In this document: positions 48,332-57,973 of the stretch, in pieces
How the letters are laid out: the number at the start of each line of letters is the position of its first letter
How positions within the stretch are numbered: the first letter of the stretch is position 1
Assembly (NCBI GenBank): GCA_044868695.1
Contig: JBIOWP010000107.1
Location: 9,348 to 73,347, forward strand
DNA: 64,000 nt
Origin: a bacterium
Lineage (GTDB): Bacteria > Sysuimicrobiota > Sysuimicrobiia > Sysuimicrobiales > Kaftiobacteriaceae
Direction of reading: 5' to 3'
Made by a program: the position numbers and the translations under genes
The notes under the pieces: generated by a model
What the model was told of the DNA's origin: nothing
Databases searched by the model: none
What the model saw: the letters and a program-made list of their open reading frames with translations, nothing else

Positions 48332-49351
48332 TTAGTGTGCCTTGGCTGCCGCCTTTTCTTTGTGTTCCATAATCGAGGAGGAGTGGCCGGGGAAGGCTGA
48401 GGCGCTGGGGTTGATGTAGGTGACCGCGTTGTTCACGGCGGTGGCGGCCTCGCCGAACCCTGTCACGATGAGCTTGAGCTTGCCGGGGTAGGTCGCGATG
48501 TCGCCCGCCGCGTACACGCCGGGGACGTTGGCCTCCATCTTGCTGTTGACCACGATCGAGTCGTCCTTGATCTCCAGGCCCCACTCGCGGATCGGACCCA
48601 GGTTGCTGACCAGCCCCAGGAAGGCCAGGACGGCGTCGACGGGCAGCACCTCGTCGCCCTGGGTCTTGTTGTTGAAGACTACCGCCTCGCGGACCTGCGT
48701 GTCCCCGCGGATGCCGCGTAGCTCGTAAAACACCTTGACCTTGATCGGCGAGGCAAACAGCTTCTTCACGCTGTCCTCGTGGGCACGAAAGCCATCGCGG
48801 CGGTGAATCAAGGTGATCTGCTTCGCGTAGTCCACCAGGCCGAGCGCCCAGTCCAGCGCGGAGTCTCCGCCGCCGATGACCAGCAGCCGCTTCCCCCGGA
48901 AATCTTCCTTCTGGCGCACAGCGAAGTACAATCCCTTGCCGATCCACTGATCGAGTTCCGCCCGCTTGAACGTCTTGGGGGTAAAGGCGCCGATCCCGGC
49001 GGTGATGAGGGTCACCCGTGTTCGATGCTCGCCCAGGTCCGTGCCCAGCCGGATCGTTCCGTCGGGCAGACGGTCGAGCGTGTGGACGTTCTCGTTCAAC
49101 TGCACCGTTGGATGGTAGGTCATCCCCTGCTCGACCAGATTTGTCACGAGGTCCTTCCCCAGGATCTTGGGGAAGCCGGCGACGTCGTAGATGAACTTGT
49201 CGGGGTACAGAGCGGTTACCTGACCGCCCAGGTCCGGCTGGCTGTCGATCAGCTTGGTGCGCAGCCCCCGAAACCCCGCATAATACGCGGCGAACAGCCC
49301 GGTCGGTCCGGCGCCGATGATGGTGACGTCGTACAGATCTGCCTGTGTCAT
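48332..49351 (-). CDS. Ferredoxin-NADP+ reductase, TrxB-like (YumC type)
   Basis: IGAGPTG, GGQVTALYPDKFIYDVAGF, GGGDSALDW, YPGKLKLI, PGHSS; no CxxC. Confidence 0.92.
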   Translation of the reverse strand: MTQADLYDVTIIGAGPTGLFAAYYAGFRGLRTKLIDSQPDLGGQVTALYPDKFIYDVAGFPKILGKDLVTNLVEQGMTYHPTVQLNENVHTLDRLPDGTIRLGTDLGEHRTRVTLITAGIGAFTPKTFKRAELDQWIGKGLYFAVRQKEDFRGKRLLVIGGGDSALDWALGLVDYAKQITLIHRRDGFRAHEDSVKKLFASPIKVKVFYELRGIRGDTQVREAVVFNNKTQGDEVLPVDAVLAFLGLVSNLGPIREWGLEIKDDSIVVNSKMEANVPGVYAAGDIATYPGKLKLIVTGFGEAATAVNNAVTYINPSASAFPGHSSSIMEHKEKAAAKAH

Positions 49352-49487
49352 CGCTCGGATTATATCATTCCCAAAATTCGGCCGGGCAGGGCGCCGGCGG
49401 TCTGGCGCGAAGATACCCCCGCTTCCGAGCGCATGGTAAAATCGAATCTGTAGTCTACAAGTCAAGAATCGTGCGCAGGAGGCAGGC

Positions 49488-50681
49488 ATGACTCTGACAG
49501 CCCGCCCGGGCCCGCTTCTGGCCAAGGATCAGATCGAGCGGTACTCCCGCCAGACGATCCTTGAAGAGATCGGCGTCGCGGGGCAGCGCAAACTCTTGGA
49601 CAGCAGGGTGCTGATCGTCGGCGCCGGAGGACTGGGCAGCCCGTCGGCCATCTACCTCGCCGCGGCCGGGATCGGCACGCTGGGTATCGTGGACGGCGAC
49701 CGCGTCGATCTCTCCAACCTCCACCGCCAGGTGATGCACTTCACGCACGACATCGGCAGGCCGAAGACCCAGTCCGCGCGGCGGACGCTGGAGGACATCA
49801 ATCCCGACGTCACCGTCGTCCCGCACCAGACGGTCCTGACCAGCGAGAACGCGATGGACATCATTTCAGACTATGACCTCGTCATCAACGGCAGCGACAA
49901 CTTCCCGACGCGCTATCTGGTCAACGACGCGACCGTCATGTTGCGCAAGCCGCTCGTCGACGCCAGCATTCTGAAGTGGGAGGGGCAGGCCACCGTCTTC
50001 CTGCCGGGCCACGGCTGCTACCGCTGCCTGTTTCCCACGCCGCCGCCTCCGGGGACGGTGCCCAGCTGCGCCGAGGGCGGAATCGTCGGCGCGCTCGCGG
50101 GCTTCATGGGAACGCTGCAGGCGGTGGAGGCCATCAAGATCCTCGTCGGCAAGGGTGAGACGCTGGCCAACCGCCTGTTCATCTACGACGCGCTGATCGG
50201 CGAGATCCGCACGCTGCGCTGGAACCGGAATCCGGATTGCCCGGTGTGCGGCGACCACCCGACGGTCACCCAGCTCATCGATTACGAGGCCTTCTGCGGC
50301 GTGCCCGGTCGCGAGCCGTCGCATGCGCCCGCGGTCGCCGTGGCGCGCACGCCGGAGGTGTCCGTGGCCGAGGCGAAGGCGATGCTGGACCGCGGCGAGG
50401 CCCAACTGGTTGATGTGCGGGAAGTCTGGGAGTGGGTGACCGCCCGCATTCCCGGCGCCGCGCTGATTCCGATGGGCGAGCTGGCCCAGCGCATCTCGGA
50501 AATCCCCAAGGATCGCACCGTGATCATTCACTGCGCCACCGGGCAGCGCAGCGCTACTGTGACGGATGCGCTGCGCGACGCCGGATATGCCCAGACGTTC
50601 AACCTGGCCGGTGGGATCGTGGCGTGGATGAACGAACAACTACCGGTGGAAGCGGGGCCGCCCGAGAAACACCAACCGTGA
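49488..50681 (+). CDS. moeZ: MoeB/MoeZ sulfur-carrier adenylyltransferase with C-terminal rhodanese
   Basis: ERYSRQ, GAGGLGSP, SNLHRQ, CYRC, CPVC, HCATGQRS. Confidence 0.93.
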   Translation: MTLTARPGPLLAKDQIERYSRQTILEEIGVAGQRKLLDSRVLIVGAGGLGSPSAIYLAAAGIGTLGIVDGDRVDLSNLHRQVMHFTHDIGRPKTQSARRTLEDINPDVTVVPHQTVLTSENAMDIISDYDLVINGSDNFPTRYLVNDATVMLRKPLVDASILKWEGQATVFLPGHGCYRCLFPTPPPPGTVPSCAEGGIVGALAGFMGTLQAVEAIKILVGKGETLANRLFIYDALIGEIRTLRWNRNPDCPVCGDHPTVTQLIDYEAFCGVPGREPSHAPAVAVARTPEVSVAEAKAMLDRGEAQLVDVREVWEWVTARIPGAALIPMGELAQRISEIPKDRTVIIHCATGQRSATVTDALRDAGYAQTFNLAGGIVAWMNEQLPVEAGPPEKHQP

Positions 50682-50832
50682 CCAGGGACCGGGCACCAGG
50701 GACCAGAAACCAGCCTCATACATTTCTCATGCGCGGCGAAGGAGTCGGCTCGTGACGTCTGACGGGCAAAGCGCCCAAACGACAGCTGTTTCCACCAGGT
50801 CTCGGGTCCCTGGTCCCCGGTCCCAGTCAGTT

Positions 50833-51870
50833 ATGCGTCAGGCGATCCTGCGCGAGCCGCGGCAAATTGAGCTCATCACCCGTCCCGTTCCCATGCCGGG
50901 GCCGGGGGAAGTGCTGCTGCGCGTGCGCGCCGCGCTCACCTGCGGGACCGATCTGAAGACCTACCGCCGCGGGCATCCGAAGGTGCCGTTCGGCCCATTC
51001 GGCCATGAGTGCGCCGGCGACGTTGCCGCGGTGGGCCGCGGGGTCCATCACATCCGTGAGGGCGACGCGGTGGCGCCGACGCCCACGGCACCCTGCGGCG
51101 TCTGCTCGTCCTGCCGGCGCGGCCGCGAGAACCTCTGCGAAAGCCAGTTTGAAGGCATCGTGCTCGGCGCGTACGCGGACTACCTCCTGGTGTCCGCGAG
51201 GGTCGCGGCCAGACACCTGCTCCGCAAGCCTGAGGGCCTGTCGTACATTGAGGCCGCGTTCCTGGAGCCGCTCTCGTGTGTCATCCACGCGTGGGAGCGC
51301 CTGCGCCCCCGTCCGGTCGAGCAGGTCGCCGTGGCCGGGCTGGGTGCAATCGGACTGCTGCACATCAAAATGGCGAAAGCCGCGGGAGCGCGCGTCATTG
51401 CGGTCGGCCGCCGCCAGGAGCGCCTCGACCTCGCGGCGCGGCTGGGCGCCGACGCGGTCGTGGACACGCAGCAGCCGGGGGTCGCCGAGCAAGTCCACGA
51501 GCTTACCGGCGGTCTCGGGCCCGATCTGGTCATCGAGTGCACGGGGAGCCCCGCGCTGTGGGTGGAGTCCCCGCGGTGGGCCGCTCCGGGCGGCCGCGTC
51601 GTCTTGTTCGCCGGCCTGGCGGCCGGCACGCAGGTCGCGTTCGACGCGACCCGGCTGCACTATGAGGAAGTGGATATCATCAACACGTTCCACTACAGGC
51701 CGCGTGACGTGGACGAGGCCCACCACCTGCTCGCGACCGGCGGCGTGGATGTGCGGCCGCTGGTGAGCGGGGTCAAGGAACTCACCAACATCATCGACGT
51801 GTTCGCTTCGCTCGACCGCGGCAACGGAGTGAAGTACGCTATTCTTCCCGAGGCGACGGCGTGGGCGTAG
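50833..51870 (+). CDS. Zn-dependent medium-chain dehydrogenase (NADP(H)-type signature)
   Basis: CGTD, GHE, CGVCSSC...C, GLGAIG, VGRR instead of acidic residue after beta-B. Confidence 0.9.
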   Translation: MRQAILREPRQIELITRPVPMPGPGEVLLRVRAALTCGTDLKTYRRGHPKVPFGPFGHECAGDVAAVGRGVHHIREGDAVAPTPTAPCGVCSSCRRGRENLCESQFEGIVLGAYADYLLVSARVAARHLLRKPEGLSYIEAAFLEPLSCVIHAWERLRPRPVEQVAVAGLGAIGLLHIKMAKAAGARVIAVGRRQERLDLAARLGADAVVDTQQPGVAEQVHELTGGLGPDLVIECTGSPALWVESPRWAAPGGRVVLFAGLAAGTQVAFDATRLHYEEVDIINTFHYRPRDVDEAHHLLATGGVDVRPLVSGVKELTNIIDVFASLDRGNGVKYAILPEATAWA

Positions 51871-52919
51871 AAAGTCTGCGCGCGGCCGCGGCCACCAGCA
51901 CCCGCGCCGTTGTCTATCACACCTCCGACGACCTCCGCCTGGAAGATGTGCCCCTGCCCGGCATCAAGGCAGGCGAGCTCCTTGTACGCATCCGGGCCTG
52001 CGGCCTGTGCCCCGGCGAGGCAATGGGCTGGTACATGGCGCGCAAGGCGCCGCTGGTTCCCGGCCACGAGCCGGTGGCCGAAGTCGTACAGGCCGGCGCG
52101 CAGGTGACCGGGTTTGCGCCCGGCGACCGTATCTTCGTCCATCACCACGCGCCCTGCCTGACCTGCCGGTCCTGCCGGCGCGGGGACTACGTGCACTGTC
52201 CCACTTTTCGCCGGACGAAGCTCGTGCCGGGCGGCCTGTCGGAGTTTGCAATCGTCCCGGAAGAGATCGTGCGCGGCGACGTGCTGCGAATTCCCGACGG
52301 GCTGTCCGATGAGGCCGCGACGTTTGTCGAGCCCCTGGCATGTGTGGTGAAGGCAGTCCGCCGCGCGGGCATGGCTCCCGGCGACCGGGTGCTGGTCATC
52401 GGTCTGGGCGTCATGGGGATGCTGCACGTGATGTTGGCCCGCAGGCTGGGAGTGGACCTCCTCATCGGCGCCGACCGCGTGCCGTCTAGGCTGGCCCGTG
52501 CCGCAGGCAGCGGCGCGCACGCCGTCGTTGATGTAACACGCGAGTCGCTGGACGAAGCGGTGCGGGCCCGCACCGATGGGCAGGGCGCCGACGTTGTCAT
52601 CGTCGGACCGGGAACGGTCGAGGCGATGGACCTCGGATTTCGCTGCGTCGCCCCCGGAGGCACGCTGGTGCTGTTTACGCCTACGCCGCCCGGCGTGGTC
52701 TGGCCGTTCAACGCTCACGATGCGTACTTCCGTGAAATCCAGATCGTGCCGAGCTACTCTGCGGGTCCGCCGCAGACGGAGGAAGCGCTGCAGTGGCTGG
52801 CGGACGGCCTGCCGGTAGAGACGCTTGTCACGCACCGGTACTCTCTGGATGGCGCCGCAGAGGGGTATCGCCTGGTGCGCGAAGCTACTGAGGCTCTGAA
52901 AGTCGTGGTCAGGCCGTGA
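51861..52919 (+). CDS. Zn-dependent medium-chain dehydrogenase (NAD(H)-type signature)
   Basis: CPGE, GHE, CLTCRSC...C, GLGVMG, GADR. Confidence 0.9.
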   Translation: MGVESLRAAAATSTRAVVYHTSDDLRLEDVPLPGIKAGELLVRIRACGLCPGEAMGWYMARKAPLVPGHEPVAEVVQAGAQVTGFAPGDRIFVHHHAPCLTCRSCRRGDYVHCPTFRRTKLVPGGLSEFAIVPEEIVRGDVLRIPDGLSDEAATFVEPLACVVKAVRRAGMAPGDRVLVIGLGVMGMLHVMLARRLGVDLLIGADRVPSRLARAAGSGAHAVVDVTRESLDEAVRARTDGQGADVVIVGPGTVEAMDLGFRCVAPGGTLVLFTPTPPGVVWPFNAHDAYFREIQIVPSYSAGPPQTEEALQWLADGLPVETLVTHRYSLDGAAEGYRLVREATEALKVVVRP

Positions 52920-53530
52920 ACGAGCACCCCGAGGACAGCAGCTGCGAATTGCCCGGCGCCGCGCCGCAGGACGGGCGTCGGCACCGGCGGTTCGACGGAG
53001 CGGCGTGGGACGGCGTCACGCCCCAGGTGTACAAGCTCGGCGGAGCCGCGGCCCCGGGGGCCGGCTGGCGGGACGTCATTCGCCACACGCTGCTCGGCGG
53101 TGCGGGCGAGCCCGCGGCGTTTCAGCTGCGCTACTTCGAGATCGCGCCCGGCGGATACTCGAGTCTGGAAAAGCATAGGCACGTGCACTCGATTGTCGTA
53201 CTGCGCGGTGCCGGCACCGTGATCGTCGGCCGCGACGTGTTCGACGTGGGGCCGCTCGACCTGGTGTACGTTCCCCCGGAGGCACCCCACCAGTTCGTGA
53301 ACGCGGGATCCGAGCCGTTCGGGTTCCTGTGCCCGGTGGACGCCGACCGCGACCCGCCGCAACCCCTCACCGCAGAGGAACTGCGCGCCTTGCTGGACGA
53401 TCCCAAGGTCCGCCAGGCCGTGCGGATTGGAGAAACTACGGGACCAGGGACCAGGGACCTGGGACCTGAGGCGGTTGCTGAGAAGAGTCGTTACTGGTCC
53501 CCGGTCCCGGGTCCCCGGTCCCGCATTTGA
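52916..53530 (+). CDS. Cupin resembling methylthioxylulose-5-phosphate methylsulfurylase (Rru_A2000 type)
   Basis: WDGV...YK, LRYFEIAPGGYSSLEKHRHVH, HQF, GFLCPVDADRDPPQP; C-tail formed by heptamer repeats. Confidence 0.75.
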   Translation: MNEHPEDSSCELPGAAPQDGRRHRRFDGAAWDGVTPQVYKLGGAAAPGAGWRDVIRHTLLGGAGEPAAFQLRYFEIAPGGYSSLEKHRHVHSIVVLRGAGTVIVGRDVFDVGPLDLVYVPPEAPHQFVNAGSEPFGFLCPVDADRDPPQPLTAEELRALLDDPKVRQAVRIGETTGPGTRDLGPEAVAEKSRYWSPVPGPRSRI

Positions 53531-53537
53531 GGCGTGT

Positions 53538-53566
53538 TTGACTTGGCGTCTCACGGCGCGTAGAAT
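53538..53566 (+). promoter_or_regulatory. Sigma70-type promoter TTGACT-N17-TAGAAT
   Basis: Near-consensus hexamers, 17-nt spacer, upstream of iscA. Confidence 0.75.
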
Positions 53567-53587
53567 GTGCGTGGAGGTCTTCTCTCG

Positions 53588-53977
53588 ATGATCACCATCA
53601 CCGATCAGGCCGCGACGAAACTCAAGGAGCTCCTGCTGACACAGGAGCAGCCCGACCTCTACCTCCGGCTGTTCATCCAGCCCGGCGGGTGCGAGGGGTT
53701 TTCGTACGGCATGGGGTTCGATGCCGAGCGTCGCGATGACGACCAGATCTTTGAGCGCGGCGGGGTGAAGGTGCTGGTGGACGCCACCAGCCTTCAGTAC
53801 CTGAGCGGCGCGCAGATCGATTACGCGAAGTCGACCTTCGGCGAAGGCTTCACTGTCCGCAACCCCAACGCGGTGTCCACGTGCGGGTGCGGGCACTCGT
53901 TCAAGACGCGCCATGCCGAGGGCCGGCCCGAGCCGTGCGACGACGCGACGGCGCAAACACAGACGACTCAAGCTTAG
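53588..53977 (+). CDS. iscA: A-type Fe-S carrier (IscA/HesB)
   Basis: ITITDQA, GGCEGFSY, NPNAVSTCGCGHSF. Confidence 0.93.
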   Translation: MITITDQAATKLKELLLTQEQPDLYLRLFIQPGGCEGFSYGMGFDAERRDDDQIFERGGVKVLVDATSLQYLSGAQIDYAKSTFGEGFTVRNPNAVSTCGCGHSFKTRHAEGRPEPCDDATAQTQTTQA

Positions 53978-53987
53978 GAGCGCAGCG

Positions 53988-54245
53988 ATGGCACAGCAGG
54001 TGCAGACCCAAGAGGGCGGTCTTCGGGAGCGGGTGGAGCAGGTGCTGGATTCCATCCGGCCCTACATCCAGGGCGACGGCGGCGACATTGAGCTCCTCGA
54101 CGTTACCGACGGGGTCGTCCAGATTCGCCTGGCCGGGGCCTGCGTCGGGTGCATGCACTCGATGATGACCCTCCAGGTCGGCGTCGAGCGCATGCTCAAG
54201 GAAGCCCTGCCCGAGATCAAGGCCGTCGAAGCGATGCCCTTCTAA
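53988..54245 (+). CDS. Nfu-type Fe-S carrier (NifU C-terminal domain)
   Basis: IRPYIQGDGGDIEL, GACVGC. Confidence 0.93.
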   Translation: MAQQVQTQEGGLRERVEQVLDSIRPYIQGDGGDIELLDVTDGVVQIRLAGACVGCMHSMMTLQVGVERMLKEALPEIKAVEAMPF

Positions 54246-54305
54246 CACGAAACAACGGGACCTGGGACCTGGGACCAGGCAAGATCGAGAACCGACAGAA
54301 GATGG

Positions 54306-54339
54306 AGGCTTCCGCCGCACGGGCGGGAGCCTTTTGTTA
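54306..54339 (+). terminator. Rho-independent terminator after nfu
   Basis: AGGCTTCCGCC-GCACG-GGCGGGAGCCT-TTTGTTA. Confidence 0.75.
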
Positions 54340-54431
54340 TCCTTGAAGACACAGGCGTGAGGCTGGGCGGAGGCTGTTAGTGCTGTTCCGGTCCCCGGTC
54401 CCGGGTCCCCGGTCCCGCGGTTGAGCGTGCG

Positions 54432-55892
54432 ATGTCCGTCTCCTGGTCACATATCCTAAGGAAGGTCGACGACTACCGGTGGGAGATCCCGACCTCCTAC
54501 AAGCCCGGTATGCGCGTGCCGGGGCTCGTGTTCGCAGACGAGCGCATGCTGCGGCAGATCGCCGGAGAGCAGGCCCTCGACCAGGTCGCAAACGTCGCCA
54601 TGCTGCCGGGCATCGTCGGACACTCGCTCGCGATGCCGGATATTCACTGGGGCTACGGATTTCCGGTTGGTGGTGTGGCGGCATTTCGCGCTGATGATGG
54701 CATCATCAGCCCTGGCGGGATCGGTTTTGACGTAAATTGTGGGGTCCGTCTCATTCGCACGAATCTCACTGAGTCCGATGTGAAGCCGAAACTCCAGCCC
54801 CTGGTCGATGCGCTGTTCGTGAACGTCCCCTCCGGCGTCGGGTCCACCGGCCGCGTGAAAGTCGGCATGGGCGAGATCGACGACGTGCTCAAGGGCGGCG
54901 CGCGGTGGGCGGTGCAGAAGAGTTTCGGCTGGCCCGAGGATCTCGAGGTGATCGAGTCCCACGGCAGCCTGCCACAGGCCGATCCACACACGGTCAGCGA
55001 CTCGGCCAAACAGCGCGGCCGCGGTCAGATCGGAACGCTGGGGTCCGGCAACCACTTCCTGGAAGTGCAGATTGTGGACGAGGTCTTCGATCGTACGGCG
55101 GCGCGTGCGATGGGGATCGAGGAGGAAGGGCAGGTCGTGATCCTCATTCACGTGGGTTCGCGCGGGCTGGGCCACCAGGTGTGCACCGACTACCTGCGCA
55201 CGGCCGAGCGCGCGGCCCGCGAGCATGGGATCGACCTGGCCGACCGGCAGCTCGCGTGCATGCCCTTCCAGTCGCCGGAAGGGCAGAGCTATTTCGGCGC
55301 CATGAGCGCCGCGGCAAACTTCGCCTGGGCGAATCGCCAGATGATCACCCACTGGGTGCGGGAGTCGTTCAGCCGGGTGCTCGGCCAGAGCGCCGAGCGG
55401 ATGGGCATGGCGCTCGTGTACGATGTCGCCCACAACATCGGGAAGATCGAGGAGTACTCTGTCGATGGGGAGACGCAGCGCCTCATCGTCCACCGGAAAG
55501 GCGCCACGCGCGCCTTCCCGCCCGGTCATCCCGACGTCCCGGAGAAATACCGCGCCGTCGGCCAGCCGGTGCTCGTGCCCGGCGACATGGGCCGCTATTC
55601 CTTCATCGCCGTCGGGACAGGGGAGGCGATGCGGATTTCCTTCGGCTCCACCTGTCACGGCGCCGGCCGGGTGATGGGACGCAAACAGGCCGTCCGGGCC
55701 TTGGCGGGCGTGGACATCGCCGAGCAGCTGCGCAGGCAGGGGATCCTGGTGCGCGCCCAGGACCGAGGGCTGCTCGCCGAGGAGGCCCCCGCCGCATACA
55801 AAGATGTGGCTGACGTCGTCGGCATCTGCCATGCAGTCGGCATCAGCCGCCGCGTTGCGCGCACGAGACCGCTTGGCGTGGTGAAGGGCTGA
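54432..55892 (+). CDS. rtcB: RNA 2',3'-cyclic phosphate ligase RtcB (long, archaeal/eukaryote-like form)
   Basis: MPDIHWGYGFPVGG, DVNCG, GTLGSGNHFLE, YDVAHN, HRKGATR, PGDMG, HGAGR, EEAPAAYK. Confidence 0.97.
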   Translation: MSVSWSHILRKVDDYRWEIPTSYKPGMRVPGLVFADERMLRQIAGEQALDQVANVAMLPGIVGHSLAMPDIHWGYGFPVGGVAAFRADDGIISPGGIGFDVNCGVRLIRTNLTESDVKPKLQPLVDALFVNVPSGVGSTGRVKVGMGEIDDVLKGGARWAVQKSFGWPEDLEVIESHGSLPQADPHTVSDSAKQRGRGQIGTLGSGNHFLEVQIVDEVFDRTAARAMGIEEEGQVVILIHVGSRGLGHQVCTDYLRTAERAAREHGIDLADRQLACMPFQSPEGQSYFGAMSAAANFAWANRQMITHWVRESFSRVLGQSAERMGMALVYDVAHNIGKIEEYSVDGETQRLIVHRKGATRAFPPGHPDVPEKYRAVGQPVLVPGDMGRYSFIAVGTGEAMRISFGSTCHGAGRVMGRKQAVRALAGVDIAEQLRRQGILVRAQDRGLLAEEAPAAYKDVADVVGICHAVGISRRVARTRPLGVVKG

Positions 55893-55894
55893 CC

Positions 55895-56815
55895 ATGGAG
55901 GATTTTCCCCTGAAAGGGGTATGGTTCTACGATCGCTATACGGCGGCTGAGGTTCATGCGCACCGCTGCGGGCCGATCATCGCACGCGCCCGCACGCAGT
56001 ATCAGGACGTCGTGATCCAGGAATTCGACCACCTCGGCCGTTGTCTGGTGGTCGACGGCAAAATCCAATCCGCCGAAATCGACGAGTACATCTATCATGA
56101 GCTCCTCGTCCATCCGGCGATGATCGCCCACCCGAACCCCCGCCGGGTGCTGGTCTGCGGGGGCGGCGAGGGCGCACCGCTGCGGGAGATCCTCCGGCAT
56201 CTGACGGTGGAGTCCGTCGTCATGATGGACATCGACCGGGAGCTCGTGGCGCTGTGCCGGGAACACCTGTCGTCCTGGCACGCCGGCGCCTTCGATGACC
56301 CCCGCGTGCAGGTGCGCCACGGGGACGCCCGGGCGTACGTGGAACAGAGTCGCGACCGCTTCGATGTTGTGATCAACGACATCACCGATCCCATCGAAGG
56401 CGGCCCCAGCAAGATGCTGTTCACCCGGCAGTTCTACGCTGCCGTCGCCAAGGTCCTCAATCCCGACGGCATCTTTGTCACGCAGGCCATCGGCGTCCAC
56501 TACGACGCGGTCGACCGGCTGCACGCCGCCATCCACCGGACGGTCCGCGAGGTCTTCCCGCATGCGCGCTCCTACTGCGACTACGTCATGTCATTCGACT
56601 ACCCGTGGGCCTTCGTGGCGGGATCGCGTCAGACGGTGTGGGACCGCCTGAGCGCGCCGGAGGTGGACCGCCGCCTCCACGCGCGGAGTATCACCCTGCG
56701 CTTTTACGACGGCGAGACGCACATGCGCGTGATGAACCTGCCCAAGCCCCTGCGGAAACTCATCGCGGACGAAAAGACAATCATTACCGACGAAGAACCA
56801 CTCATCGTCGAGTGA
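55895..56815 (+). CDS. speE: Polyamine aminopropyltransferase (GGGEG type, Thermus SpeE-like)
   Basis: [30 protein letters not shown]. Confidence 0.93.
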   Translation: MEDFPLKGVWFYDRYTAAEVHAHRCGPIIARARTQYQDVVIQEFDHLGRCLVVDGKIQSAEIDEYIYHELLVHPAMIAHPNPRRVLVCGGGEGAPLREILRHLTVESVVMMDIDRELVALCREHLSSWHAGAFDDPRVQVRHGDARAYVEQSRDRFDVVINDITDPIEGGPSKMLFTRQFYAAVAKVLNPDGIFVTQAIGVHYDAVDRLHAAIHRTVREVFPHARSYCDYVMSFDYPWAFVAGSRQTVWDRLSAPEVDRRLHARSITLRFYDGETHMRVMNLPKPLRKLIADEKTIITDEEPLIVE

Positions 56816-57969
56816 CAGTGCGGATAGAATTCACTGAGGACCAACGCATACTGCACCGCACGGTGCGCGATTTCGCTGCCGCGGAACTTAAGCCCGGCGC
56901 GGCGGCCCGGGACCGCGACGGGAAGTTCCCCCTGCCGCTGGTGCCGAAGCTCGCGTCACTCGGCCTGCTGGGCCTGGTGGTCCCCCAGGAGTTCGGCGGG
57001 GCCGGGCTCGACCTGGTCGGCGCGATGCTGGCCATTGAGGCGGTCTCCTGGGGCGACGCGTCCGTCGGCCTTACCGTCGCCTCCCACAACTCCCTCTGCA
57101 CCGGCCATCTCCTGCAATTTGGCAGCGCCGAGCAGAAACAGCGTTATCTCCCTCGCCTCGCGCGGGGCGAAGCGCTGGGCGCCTGGTGTCTCACCGAGCC
57201 GGCCGCGGGCAGCGACGCCGGGGCGATCCAGACGCGGGCCGTCCGCACGGGCCAGGGCTGGGTGCTGAACGGTTCAAAGGTATTCGTCACGCAGGGCAGC
57301 GTGGCCGGGGTATATGTTGTGTTGGCCGTGACCGACCCCCAGACCGCTCCGCACCGCATTTCGGCGTTCGTCGTCGAGCGGGACAACCGCGGGCTTCGCG
57401 TCGGCAAGAAAGAAGACAAGCTCGGGCTTCGCGCCAGCGACACCGCAGAGGTCGTGTTCGAGGACTGTGCGGTTCCCGCTGCCGCCCTGATCGGGGCCGA
57501 CGGGGAAGGATTCGCCCAGGCGATGCGCGTGCTCGAGCGCGGACGCATCGGCATCGGCGCCATGGCGGTCGGGATCGGGCGCGCCGCGCTGGACGACAGC
57601 GTCGCTTACGGCACGCAGCGAAAGACCTTCGGGAAGGCGGTCACCGACCACCAGGCGATCCAGTTCATGCTGGCCGACATGGCCATGGAGCTCGACGCCG
57701 CGTGGCTGCTGGTGCTGCGGGCCGCGCAGCTGGTCGACCTCGGACAGCCGTTTCGCCGCGAAGCCTCGATGGCCAAGCTCTACGCGTCGGAGGCGGCCGC
57801 GCGTGCCACGGCCAAAGCCGTCCAGATCCACGGTGGGTATGGTTTCATCAAGGACTATCCGGTCGAGCGCTACTATCGCGATGTGAAGCTGACGGAGATC
57901 GGCGAGGGAACATCTGAGATTCAACGAATCATCATTGCCAAATCCTTGCTAGAGGAACAGCGGGACTAG
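56812..57969 (+). CDS. Acyl-CoA dehydrogenase
   Basis: [34 protein letters not shown]. Confidence 0.94.
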   Translation: MTVRIEFTEDQRILHRTVRDFAAAELKPGAAARDRDGKFPLPLVPKLASLGLLGLVVPQEFGGAGLDLVGAMLAIEAVSWGDASVGLTVASHNSLCTGHLLQFGSAEQKQRYLPRLARGEALGAWCLTEPAAGSDAGAIQTRAVRTGQGWVLNGSKVFVTQGSVAGVYVVLAVTDPQTAPHRISAFVVERDNRGLRVGKKEDKLGLRASDTAEVVFEDCAVPAAALIGADGEGFAQAMRVLERGRIGIGAMAVGIGRAALDDSVAYGTQRKTFGKAVTDHQAIQFMLADMAMELDAAWLLVLRAAQLVDLGQPFRREASMAKLYASEAAARATAKAVQIHGGYGFIKDYPVERYYRDVKLTEIGEGTSEIQRIIIAKSLLEEQRD

Positions 57970-57973
57970 GGAC

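Noticed and set aside
48332..49351. Thioredoxin reductase
   Set aside because: No CxxC; carries YumC-type FNR motifs
53588..54245. Selenocysteine in HesB-like or Nfu proteins
   Set aside because: All motif positions are TGC; no in-frame TGA
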